DNA of 64,000 nucleotides, from assembly GCA_026985525.1 (NCBI GenBank), contig JALSQI010000002.1, positions 131 to 64,130 on the forward strand. The letters run 5' to 3'. Both the position numbers and the translations under genes were made by a program. Below the pieces are notes generated by a model. That model was not told the origin of the DNA. It searched no databases and saw only the letters and a list, made by a program, of their open reading frames with translations. Within the stretch, counting starts at the first letter, position 1; every line of letters begins with the position of its first letter. This document shows, piece after piece, positions 1 to 8,487 of the stretch. The DNA comes from Archaeoglobaceae archaeon (GTDB lineage Archaea; Halobacteriota; Archaeoglobi; Archaeoglobales; Archaeoglobaceae).

Positions 1-40
1 AATTAAAGAATCAACCTCTAAACAAACTCCCGGTTTATCC

Positions 41-1705
41 TTAAGAATGAATTTGTACACTCTCACACCTCCTCATTTCATCAACACCTATAACATAGTT
101 CTGCATCGAAATAGTGTAGTAATTTTTGAAGTATTCGTTAACTTCTTTTTCTATCCACCTGTCGTAGCTTAAATCTAAATACCTCGTTACTCCCTCAACG
201 GGATTTACGACTTCTCCTTCCTTAACAACTATTTCTCCCCTCTTTATAGTCAGATATGCTCTGGAAAAAGCCCTGATTATCTCTTTATAGTTTCTCGTAT
301 CAACTTCAGCTGGTAAGTCGTAAACCGCTATATCTGCTATAGCTCCAACTCCGAGATGTCCTTTGTCCTTAAAACCCGCAGTTACAGCCTGATTTGCTCT
401 TGTAACCATGGCTATCTCGTAAAGAGAATACTCTCTATCAATACTACCAAGCATCGTTCTCTTCGAAGCGGCAGAATTCACCTTAGAAAGCATCTCCTCT
501 CGATACTTCTCACTCATAAGCAAAGCTATTATTTCGGGGTATTTCGTAAAAGGTGCTCCGTTTGGATGATCGGTTGTGATCATGACTTTTTCAGCCGGTA
601 ATAGTAGGGGTATCTCTAACCCTATCGCCCACTGAACAGCGTTTACAGGACTTTTACTGCTGTAAAATATAGGTGTTATGCCCGGAGCAGTTTCCAACTC
701 AACGTCCTTATTAGCCCACTTCCTTCCAGTCAAAAGCTGTAAGTGGTACTCCATCGGTCCATCTGCAGTCATAGTCGTCGTATCACCAAACATGAGGTTT
801 CCAGTATCAACTGTTACGTCGTGTTTCAGCACAACCTTTGCAACTTCTTCAACACCGCTTTCAAAGTTCTTCCAACTATCTCCAGCATAACAGTGAAACT
901 GCAAGTGTGTAAGATGTAAAACCGGTCTTTCTCCTCTTTCAAACTTTCCCGTTAATTTTACTGTCTCTATGGTGGTTTCGAAGTTTCCCGGCTCACCGAG
1001 GTTGTTGCAGTGCAGGTGTACGGAGTGAGGTAGAGATAAATCTTCAACTGCAGAAATCAGAGCTTCGAGAATTTCTTTCGGAGTAACACCAAATTCGGGA
1101 ACTTCCTCATCTATACTGCTTATTTCTTTCTTCCACCCCCACGCCTCAGTACCACCGGGATTGACGACTTTTACAGCATAACCCTTAGTAGCCTGAAGTA
1201 ACCAAGCAACGTAATTTTTCACAGCGTCGTAATCTTTTTCTGCGATTTTATCCATAACGAACCAGTTACCGTCGAAAAGTGGGAAAAGAGCTTTGTCTAA
1301 TATCGGTATTTCGTTGAGTTCGTGGTGCGTGTGTCTCGCCATAAGCGGTGGCGTAGCCGGAGCTAAAGCAGTTGTGTAACCCATTTTTGCGTATTCATAC
1401 CCGGTTATGTGAACGCTTAAAACAGATTTACCACTTCCCGCTCTCAGCTTACCTCTCTTTGCAACCAAGTTTTTCAAACTATCCTCCGGCCTCATTATTC
1501 TGCCCACATTCTCCTTACCACCCGCTATGTGAGTGTGTATGTCGAAACCTCCCGGCATGACGATTTTTCCTTTTAGATCAATTTCCTTAGCACCAAACCT
1601 AATTTTGTCAACGATTTTTCCATTATTTATATAAATATCCATTTTTTCTCCATTTATTCCGTTTACCGGGTCAAAAACTATTCCATTTTTCAGCACTAAC
1701 TTCAT
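41..1705 (-). CDS. fwdA: formylmethanofuran dehydrogenase subunit A (amidohydrolase fold)
   Basis: 554-aa ORF. It has an N-terminal GGFDIHTHIAGG metal-binding HxH motif. Length and overall sequence are typical of FwdA/FmdA. Confidence 0.8.
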   Translation of the reverse strand: MKLVLKNGIVFDPVNGINGEKMDIYINNGKIVDKIRFGAKEIDLKGKIVMPGGFDIHTHIAGGKENVGRIMRPEDSLKNLVAKRGKLRAGSGKSVLSVHITGYEYAKMGYTTALAPATPPLMARHTHHELNEIPILDKALFPLFDGNWFVMDKIAEKDYDAVKNYVAWLLQATKGYAVKVVNPGGTEAWGWKKEISSIDEEVPEFGVTPKEILEALISAVEDLSLPHSVHLHCNNLGEPGNFETTIETVKLTGKFERGERPVLHLTHLQFHCYAGDSWKNFESGVEEVAKVVLKHDVTVDTGNLMFGDTTTMTADGPMEYHLQLLTGRKWANKDVELETAPGITPIFYSSKSPVNAVQWAIGLEIPLLLPAEKVMITTDHPNGAPFTKYPEIIALLMSEKYREEMLSKVNSAASKRTMLGSIDREYSLYEIAMVTRANQAVTAGFKDKGHLGVGAIADIAVYDLPAEVDTRNYKEIIRAFSRAYLTIKRGEIVVKEGEVVNPVEGVTRYLDLSYDRWIEKEVNEYFKNYYTISMQNYVIGVDEMRRCESVQIHS

Positions 1706-1999
1706 GCTAACACACCTTTCTTAATGCTTTATCATTCGGATTTCTCTTAGCTTTTGAAGTTTTTGGTTCTGATTTCGAAGTTAGAGGTATATTGAAAGAA
1801 TTAAGTAATAGAGACAAAGAATGAAAGTCATTGATAGTCATTGATAAGTTACTCATCCACGCCTGTCCACCTAAACATATAATTTTTACAGATAAATTAT
1901 AATCTTATCTATATGCTCTGCATGATTCGATTTACCGTACCTTTTTTCGACATTCTTTTTTCATTATTCTCAAAATGTAATTCAGCTCTCTAATTTTTA

Positions 2000-2147
2000 C
2001 GAGTATACGTGTTCACTACCTATAAACGAATTCATAAACTTTCTACCATATGCAAGATGAAGTAGTCCAATCCCTTCTCTCGCATTCCCTCATCACGGGA
2101 CTCATTTTAATTATCTCAGGGCGAGTGCCGAGAATTATAGCTACCAT
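2000..2147 (-). pseudogene. UDP-N-acetylglucosamine 2-epimerase (WecB-like) N-terminal remnant
   Basis: The ATG at 2147 reads MVAIILGTRPEIIKMSPVMRECERR, the classic WecB N-terminus. The frame then breaks: TAG at 2043-2045, and a GLDYFILH continuation appears only in another frame. No further gene body follows. The left boundary is approximate. Confidence 0.5.
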
Positions 2148-2169
2148 TTTTCTACACTTCTACATCTAA

Positions 2170-2429
2170 AGATAACATTTCCTCCATAAGTATAAGATTC
2201 AAAATAACTCATAATTTTCCTTAGCATGCTTAACTCCTAAATTGTTACCTTCACTATATCCTAAGTTCTTAAGAATTTTTAATTAACTTAACCTGAAGAA
2301 TTGATTTCTCAATAAATTCATTACTTCTAACGAGTTGTTTACTAGAACCGAGCTTAAACAATCCTCCATGTACTTCCTGTGACTGTAAGTGACGATGATA
2401 ACACTCGCCTTATTCGACAGCTTTTCCAA
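2170..2429 (-). pseudogene. family-2 glycosyltransferase remnant
   Basis: The minus strand reads (L)EKLSNKASVIIVTYSHRKYMEDCLSSVLVNN, a GT2 N-terminal signature, and stops at 2283-2285. Downstream, LGYSEGNNLGVKHAKENY (the GT2 NxGfaxGnN block) appears out of frame with multiple stops. Boundaries are approximate. Confidence 0.45.
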
Positions 2430-2769
2430 AATCTCTTTGCATCGTCATTATCTGACAGAAGGACTCTATCGTTGAAGGCTAAACATAACTATGCATTCGA
2501 TCTCTCCTATACTCAATTTGAAAACCTAATTTCCTTAGATAATCTTTGACAATATTTACCGTTTCTACCTTAAGCTCGTGCACGAATAAAGATTTGCCTA
2601 TTTCCAATACTAACTCTTAAAGCATCCTTAAACCCCTTTTCATCACCTTTTATTACACCTCGTGGTAAACGGCAGTTGGAATTTTTAACGAACCGTAGAG
2701 TTCCCTCAACAAATACAACTTTCCGACTTTTCCCAGATATATGAGAAGAGAAGAATTCACCACGGGCAT
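2430..2769 (-). pseudogene. PIN-domain (DUF3368-like) toxin remnant
   Basis: The ATG at 2769 overlaps the stop of the upstream ORF (TAATG). It reads MPVVNSSLLIYLGKVGKLYLLRELYGSLKIPTAVYHEV and then TAA at 2653-2655. A later LLSDNDDAKRF block is in a different frame. Confidence 0.45.
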
Positions 2770-3008
2770 TAGAGATCCTTCAGTTCTTCTCTAATGAGTT
2801 TCAAATCTATTCTAAGTGTAACTTCAATGTATTTTGTTTTTTGTTCCTTAATTTCTTGCAAAACCTTGAATAACCTTAACTTCGTTTTACAGTTTAAGTC
2901 GAAAAGCTTTACTGGGTAGTCTGGCACAACCTTAGCAGCATCTTTTCTCATTTCAATCTGCTTTATTACATCTTTACTAGCATCAATCGCTATAGCATTA
3001 GTATCCAT
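2769..3008 (-). CDS. small hypothetical protein, possible antitoxin by position only
   Basis: 79-aa intact ORF translationally coupled (TAATG) to the decayed PIN gene. I recognise no family. Confidence 0.3.
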   Translation of the reverse strand: MDTNAIAIDASKDVIKQIEMRKDAAKVVPDYPVKLFDLNCKTKLRLFKVLQEIKEQKTKYIEVTLRIDLKLIREELKDL

Positions 3009-3284
3009 AATTGCTTACAGGACTTTACTTTCCCTTCTTTTTTTAATTCCATTATTTGGGACATTTTGTTTGATATTGATTATCTAATCAACGAACTTAT
3101 TTTACCGAAATCAATAAATATAAATTTCTCAATTTTCTAATATAACCTAAAAAATATACAACACAATAAAAAAAGAAATTAACTTGAATTTAAAGCATAC
3201 AAGAAATTAAAGTCAAACTCTAAGTTTCCAGTTGTACAAGCCTCCAAATATTTTTAATAAAAAAATCATAACCCAGCAAAAATT

Positions 3285-4320
3285 ATGAAAAAATTAACGA
3301 AAAGTGCAGTCATAGTAACACAAAAAACAAATAACGTAACTATTTTATATCTTACCACTAAAATTCATAGGGTATAAAGCTGCAAAAATAGCACTAAAGG
3401 ACTTAAACGTTTCACCGGGTAGCAAAGACTTACTCATAATTACTGATGCCGGACACGTAATAATTAACAATGAGACTACAGCGAGAGCTTACGATGGTGT
3501 TATGAACGGAAGTGGCACGAGTTACGGTATGGGGAATTTAATACAAGTCAACAGACCGATATATGCAAAGCTTTGATTTGCCTTTTACGATAAGAAAAAT
3601 AATAAATGTATTTACATAGAAGTAGAAAATACATCAAAATTTAAAATAGTTAAAGTTAAAATAAATCCCAAAGAGTTGATCACTAAGAGTGGTGCTAAAA
3701 GTTGGAATGAGTACTTTGAAAGTAAAAAGTTAGGAGGTGATGAGTTCAGCATAATTACGATCGCTACTGTTTGAAGCTTTTACCCAAACGTTACAAGGTA
3801 CATGATAAACGCAATAGAGTTGCACAATCACGTTTGTCCCGGTCTAATTTCTGGTTACTTTGTTTCAAGAAGTTTTCGATTCTACAGTTGGAAAAAGATT
3901 GATGGCAGTTATGTATGTTTCACCAAATAAACTACAGCCAAAATACAGAGACTTAGCTGGAATATACGTTTTAATGACTAAAAGCGGTTACGCAAAAGCT
4001 ATAGTAATAGGCTTTAACTGGAGCAAAGTCTTCAAAGACTGTAATTTAAGCAGTAGTGATTTCAAAGACTTCTCTTCCTACAAGTGGTGGTGGGCAAGAC
4101 TTAGAGCTGACGTATTAATGTTAAAGCACAAGCCTGCTAAAAGTGGTAAATCTTCGGAAATCAGGGTTCAGTAAAAAGTCTCAACGAAAAGTGGATGAGC
4201 GTAGGTGAAAACCCGCTTGCTAAGCTTGGATTGATAGAAGAAAAGAAAGAACCGCTACCATTTTTGGTAAAAATAGTATGCGTAGTATTAGCTTTAATAA
4301 TAAGAAAATTGAAAAATTAA
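3285..4320 (+). pseudogene. FmdE-family (formylmethanofuran dehydrogenase subunit E-like) pseudogene
   Basis: The conceptual reading needs frames 0, 1, 2 and 1 in turn. It contains ELHNHVCPGL (FmdE HxHxCPG motif) and a GMGNL block. In-frame TGAs lie at 3574-3576 and 3772-3774. The C-terminal hydrophobic tail ends at TAA 4318-4320. Only one piece (3860-4174) survives as an ORF longer than 60 aa. Confidence 0.5.
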
Positions 4321-4331
4321 ATATTTAAAAA

Positions 4332-5747
4332 TTAAATATGCCATGCAACATTTTTTATAAATTCTATTCCTTTCGAAAGAGCTAACCTATCCAGCTCTTC
4401 TCTGTAACTTTCGAACTCCAATCTCTTTTTAACGTCTTCTGGGTTGACATATCCCCACTTCTCTATTGCCTTCTTAAGTTCTTCGTGTTTTTCGGCGTAT
4501 TCTTTAACGCTAACGCCTTCAACAACAGCTTCAGCAGCAAGCCTCAAAGCTCTTGCACCACTCTCAGTTCCATTCGGATGTCCGTGAACACCGCCTCCAG
4601 CTTGAATTGTTACGTTGTTTCCATGTATAACTACCAATGCATCCACCTTAGTAGGATCTAAACCTCCTGAGGCAACGGGCATAATAGGCTTTATGTGCTC
4701 CGAAAAACTGAAGTCCATTGAACCGAGATAAAACTTTTCTTCACCTTCCATAAACTCTGCAAGCTCGTGCATTCTCTTTATTAAGAGAGCTCCACCTTCC
4801 ATTTTTCCAACACCAGTGCCTATGTGAAGTTGATCTACACCAAACATTCTGTAAAGTTTTTCTAAGATCTGAAAGTTAACGCCGTAATTTCCTCTATGCC
4901 AAGCAGCGTATCCAGCTCTGTGTGCGTGAACTATCAATTTGTGCTTTCTCGTTATTTCCAGCATGTAGTTCAAAGCCGTAAAACCAAGAACGTAAACATC
5001 CAACATAACGCAGTTATGTCCTCTCTCTACAACTTTTTCTACTCTCTCAACCATTCTTTCAATTGAAGAGTCTGTTATGTTCACACAGTATATTTTATTC
5101 TCACCTGTCTCCTTTTCTGCTCTATCCATGGCATCGTAAACTTCGTTAAACCTCTCCTCCCATTTACAGAAGTCTTGATCTACTAAGTTTTCATCATCTT
5201 TAACCAGATCAAGACCGTTAGCCCACGCTTTATACGCTACTTCTGCAAACTCTTTTGGAGTTAACCCGACTTTCGGCTTTACAATAGTACCAACGTGTGG
5301 TCTCCCACTTTTGTCAGTTCCAACGTATTTTCTTATTCCATCCAAACCCACTGCTGGTCCTTTAAACAACTTCTGGTACTTCTCCGGGAACTTTATATCT
5401 AAAACGTACAGACTTTCGATTTCTTTCATTCCGAATATGTTTCCAAGTACTGACGCTTGAAACTGGTTGAAGTTCTTTAAATCAAAGTGCTCCATTGGGT
5501 AGGCTATGTAAACGAAGCCTTCATTTTCTCTAACCTTTAAAATTTTGAAAACTCTTGCCCTGTAATGCTTGAAAACGTAGTCGTTCATAGTTTTTATGTC
5601 AGTCCACGTACCAACGGATGACTCAGAAGCTACGGCTTCTGCAAGCTTTTCTAACTCGTATTTTCCAGAAATGTAGAACAAAACAACGAAGTCTTCTTTG
5701 CCCGGTTCGTAATCTAAATCAAGGTAAGAATAGCCACCATATACCAT
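4332..5747 (-). CDS. rbcL: ribulose-1,5-bisphosphate carboxylase, form III large subunit
   Basis: All catalytic motifs are present: ESSVGTWT, LGNIFGMK, TIVKPKVGL, VKDDENL, HRAGYAA, LHIGTGVGKMEGG, VASGGL and GGGVHGHP. Confidence 0.85.
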   Translation of the reverse strand: MVYGGYSYLDLDYEPGKEDFVVLFYISGKYELEKLAEAVASESSVGTWTDIKTMNDYVFKHYRARVFKILKVRENEGFVYIAYPMEHFDLKNFNQFQASVLGNIFGMKEIESLYVLDIKFPEKYQKLFKGPAVGLDGIRKYVGTDKSGRPHVGTIVKPKVGLTPKEFAEVAYKAWANGLDLVKDDENLVDQDFCKWEERFNEVYDAMDRAEKETGENKIYCVNITDSSIERMVERVEKVVERGHNCVMLDVYVLGFTALNYMLEITRKHKLIVHAHRAGYAAWHRGNYGVNFQILEKLYRMFGVDQLHIGTGVGKMEGGALLIKRMHELAEFMEGEEKFYLGSMDFSFSEHIKPIMPVASGGLDPTKVDALVVIHGNNVTIQAGGGVHGHPNGTESGARALRLAAEAVVEGVSVKEYAEKHEELKKAIEKWGYVNPEDVKKRLEFESYREELDRLALSKGIEFIKNVAWHI

Positions 5748-5792
5748 GAGTATTGGTAATCAAAAGGACTATATTAAATTAATGTTAAAAAA

Positions 5793-7244
5793 TTAGAAGT
5801 TTCTGAGAACTTTCACGATTTCTCCATCGCTATCGTAAACTACCACTTCAAGTGTATCTCTACCCGGTAAAACGTGGCTTGCACAAGCCTGACAGATGTC
5901 GTAAGGTCTGTAAGCTATTTCTACGTAATTCAGCAGTTTATCGTCAACAACTCCGTTGTGTATGAAGTGCTGAGCCGCTTTCTTTATTGCCAAGTTTATT
6001 GGAGCGTGATTGTGAGTCGTTGCAACTATCATGTTAGCCTCCGTGACTATTCCTTTTTCATCTGTCTTGTAGTGGTGTATCAGCGTACCTCTTGGAGCTT
6101 CAATTATTCCAACACCCTCTCCCTTAACTTCACTTAGCTCAGCCCTAACATCGGGACTCGTTATTTCAGCATCCTGTGCTAACTCCAGAACTCTCTCAGC
6201 AGCGTTTAGGAGTTCCACAGCCCTTGCCCAGTGGTAAACTAAGATGTAGTGTGTTGGTTTTTCTTTTAAAGTGTCAAACATCGTATCGTATGCTTCTCTT
6301 GCGAGAGGTGTTGAAGGTGGAGCTATGTTCGCCCTTGCAAGAGGACCTACGCTGTAGAGAGATGTGTCTCCTTCAACAAATCCTTTCCAGCCAAGTTTCT
6401 TGAGGTAAGTCATTTTAACGTAACTCCAAGGAACTACTCTTTCAGAAACGTGATCAAGATACTCATCCGCCGTAAACTGGTCAATTACTTCTCCTTTTGG
6501 ATTTATGACAGTTTGAACTCCATCGTAATAATTTATGCATCCGTCCTTAACAGTACCCATGTAGTTAACAACTACTCTGTAGTAGTCGGAAGTTATCATC
6601 TCAAGGTACTTTTCGTTTTTGAGAACTACATCTTCAAACACCTGAATTGTTATCTTGCCCAATTCTACCATTTCTTTTGCAAGCTTTTCTATTTCAGCTC
6701 TTTCATCTTCGCTAATTCTCTTTGCCCATCCACCCGGAAGACCCGTTACGGAGTGCAGGGGTTTTCCACCTAATATTTCCATTACTCTTACTGCCGCAAA
6801 TCTCTTCCTGAGTATTTCTTTAACAGTTTCAGCTCCAACCTTTTTTACAACTCCAACAATATTTCTTTCTGCCGGATCTGCTTCGGGACCAACTACAAAG
6901 TCTGGCAATCCCAAAGCGTACAGAATTGCCGCGTGATCTTCAACCTGATGAGCGCACAGAAACATTTCTCTTATTTTTTTGGCGGTCTCAGTCGGTTCTA
7001 CGCCGTAAACGCCATCACTCGCTTTCGTTGAAGCTGTGAAGTGAACACCTCTACAAACTCCACATATCGTCGATACTGTTCTCGGAACTTCTTCTATTGG
7101 TAAACCTCTAACAAAAGTTTCGTAACCTCTAAATTCCACGATCTGGTAAAAAGCGTCCGCAACGTTACCCTTATCGTCCAAAAAAATTGCGATTTTACCG
7201 TGTCCTTCTAACCTAGTCATTGGCTCGATTTCTATTTCACTCAT
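5793..7244 (-). CDS. [NiFe]-hydrogenase large subunit, group 3 (Mvh/Vhu-type, F420-non-reducing)
   Basis: It has N-terminal RLEGHG and ICGVC motifs and a C-terminal DICQACASH motif. A 26-aa tail follows, as expected for endopeptidase processing. The active site is Cys, not Sec. Confidence 0.8.
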   Translation of the reverse strand: MSEIEIEPMTRLEGHGKIAIFLDDKGNVADAFYQIVEFRGYETFVRGLPIEEVPRTVSTICGVCRGVHFTASTKASDGVYGVEPTETAKKIREMFLCAHQVEDHAAILYALGLPDFVVGPEADPAERNIVGVVKKVGAETVKEILRKRFAAVRVMEILGGKPLHSVTGLPGGWAKRISEDERAEIEKLAKEMVELGKITIQVFEDVVLKNEKYLEMITSDYYRVVVNYMGTVKDGCINYYDGVQTVINPKGEVIDQFTADEYLDHVSERVVPWSYVKMTYLKKLGWKGFVEGDTSLYSVGPLARANIAPPSTPLAREAYDTMFDTLKEKPTHYILVYHWARAVELLNAAERVLELAQDAEITSPDVRAELSEVKGEGVGIIEAPRGTLIHHYKTDEKGIVTEANMIVATTHNHAPINLAIKKAAQHFIHNGVVDDKLLNYVEIAYRPYDICQACASHVLPGRDTLEVVVYDSDGEIVKVLRNF

Positions 7245-7257
7245 TTAAATCACCTCT

Positions 7258-8241
7258 TCACCTAACTATTTCTTTTTTCTTTAAAACTTCAATCTTCTCC
7301 CCAAGCATTGAGCCGGGCAAACAGTATCGGTAAATCAGTTTTGCAAAAACAGGATACTTCTCCAGAGCCTGTTTGGCTACTTTTTCGTTTTCAAACAGAG
7401 AAGTTATCGCACTTATAGCTCTAAGTCCGAAATCTTTCGTAGGAGGTATTGGACCACCACATCCAGCACACCTAATCCCAGCCTTAGTACATAAAGCTCC
7501 ACAATCCCCCTGAGTTACAGGGCCTAAGCAGAGGTATCCCTGCTGAAGCAAGCATTCTTCCTCGTCAACTTTGCCTTCGTGCATTCTTTTTACTTCTTTT
7601 ATGAAGTCTCTCGTTTTACCCTTCAAAGCTGGATTTCTCGGACAGTAATCGCATACAGACTTACCGTCAGTTATCCAAGAACCCTTGGGTGGAAGGTTCC
7701 CACTTACAATTGCTTCAACTATTTTAGCAACGTGGTCGTGGTGAGGTGGACAACCGCCAACGAAGTAATCGACTTCCACGACGGCACTGACAGGCTTTAC
7801 GTAGTCGAGTAATTCTGGGAGAGTTAGCTTGTAACCGTTAACTTCAGATACAGGGGAAGGCAATACGTTATCTGGGTTATCAACGCTCGGGCATTTTATA
7901 TAAGCGTTCTCTAAGAGCTCATCCTTGGTGTGAAGGTTTGCCATTCCGGGAATACCTCCAAGTGCTGCACATATTCCATAAGCGACGAGTATTTTGCACT
8001 TCTCCCTCATTACTTTAACGAGCTCTTCGTTTTCCTTATTTCTCACCATTCCAGAAACGAAGCCTATGTCCACAGACTTATCTGGCATCGCTTTCAGGTC
8101 TTTGTACTTGACATCCGCAACGGTTGGTGCCCAAAAAACGATTTCGAGGTGTTCCAGTGCATCTACTAATTTTTCTGAGAGATCTACAATTGCCATATCA
8201 CAGCCACCGCAACCACCAGCAAGCAAATATGCAAATTTCAT
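7258..8241 (-). CDS. [NiFe]-hydrogenase small subunit, group 3 (MvhG-like)
   Basis: MKFAYLLAGGCGGCDMAIVDL N-terminus plus further Cys clusters. I chose the start at ATG 8241, which is preceded by GGGGTGAT; the ORF track extends to 8307. Confidence 0.75.
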   Translation of the reverse strand: MKFAYLLAGGCGGCDMAIVDLSEKLVDALEHLEIVFWAPTVADVKYKDLKAMPDKSVDIGFVSGMVRNKENEELVKVMREKCKILVAYGICAALGGIPGMANLHTKDELLENAYIKCPSVDNPDNVLPSPVSEVNGYKLTLPELLDYVKPVSAVVEVDYFVGGCPPHHDHVAKIVEAIVSGNLPPKGSWITDGKSVCDYCPRNPALKGKTRDFIKEVKRMHEGKVDEEECLLQQGYLCLGPVTQGDCGALCTKAGIRCAGCGGPIPPTKDFGLRAISAITSLFENEKVAKQALEKYPVFAKLIYRYCLPGSMLGEKIEVLKKKEIVR

Positions 8242-8487
8242 GAAATCACCCCTTTTAGATTGATTGAGTTTACACTCTCCACTTTTCGTTGGTTGATTTT
8301 GCAACAATAAATATTTTGCGGATATTTCATAACTATTGCTACACGCAAACGCATTATGTCTTATATTGTATTTGAGTATTACTTATTATTACTAAAAATC
8401 GTATAAGTAAAATTTTAAACACATCAGAAGTTTAAAAGGTAATAATGAAACGAAAAGTGTTCTATACTACGTTATATCAGAAAAGTT

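Noticed and set aside
1823-1846. Tandem 11-mer AGTCATTGATAGTCATTGATA upstream of fwdA.
   Set aside because: There are only two copies, inside the degraded region, and I noticed no further occurrences in the window. This is insufficient to call a regulatory site or repeat family.
3574-3774. The idea that TGA is recoded, as Trp or Sec, in this organism. The basis was three TGAs at Trp-like positions (3574, 3772, 63955).
   Set aside because: TGA clearly terminates several well-supported genes at the expected protein ends, for example the UbiD-like gene at 9709-9711, hef at 15442-15444 and the HARP gene at 52666-52668. The FmdE-like region also needs three frameshifts. TGG-to-TGA transitions in decaying genes are the simpler explanation. 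I saw no SECIS-like context, and FdhA and the hydrogenase use Cys.
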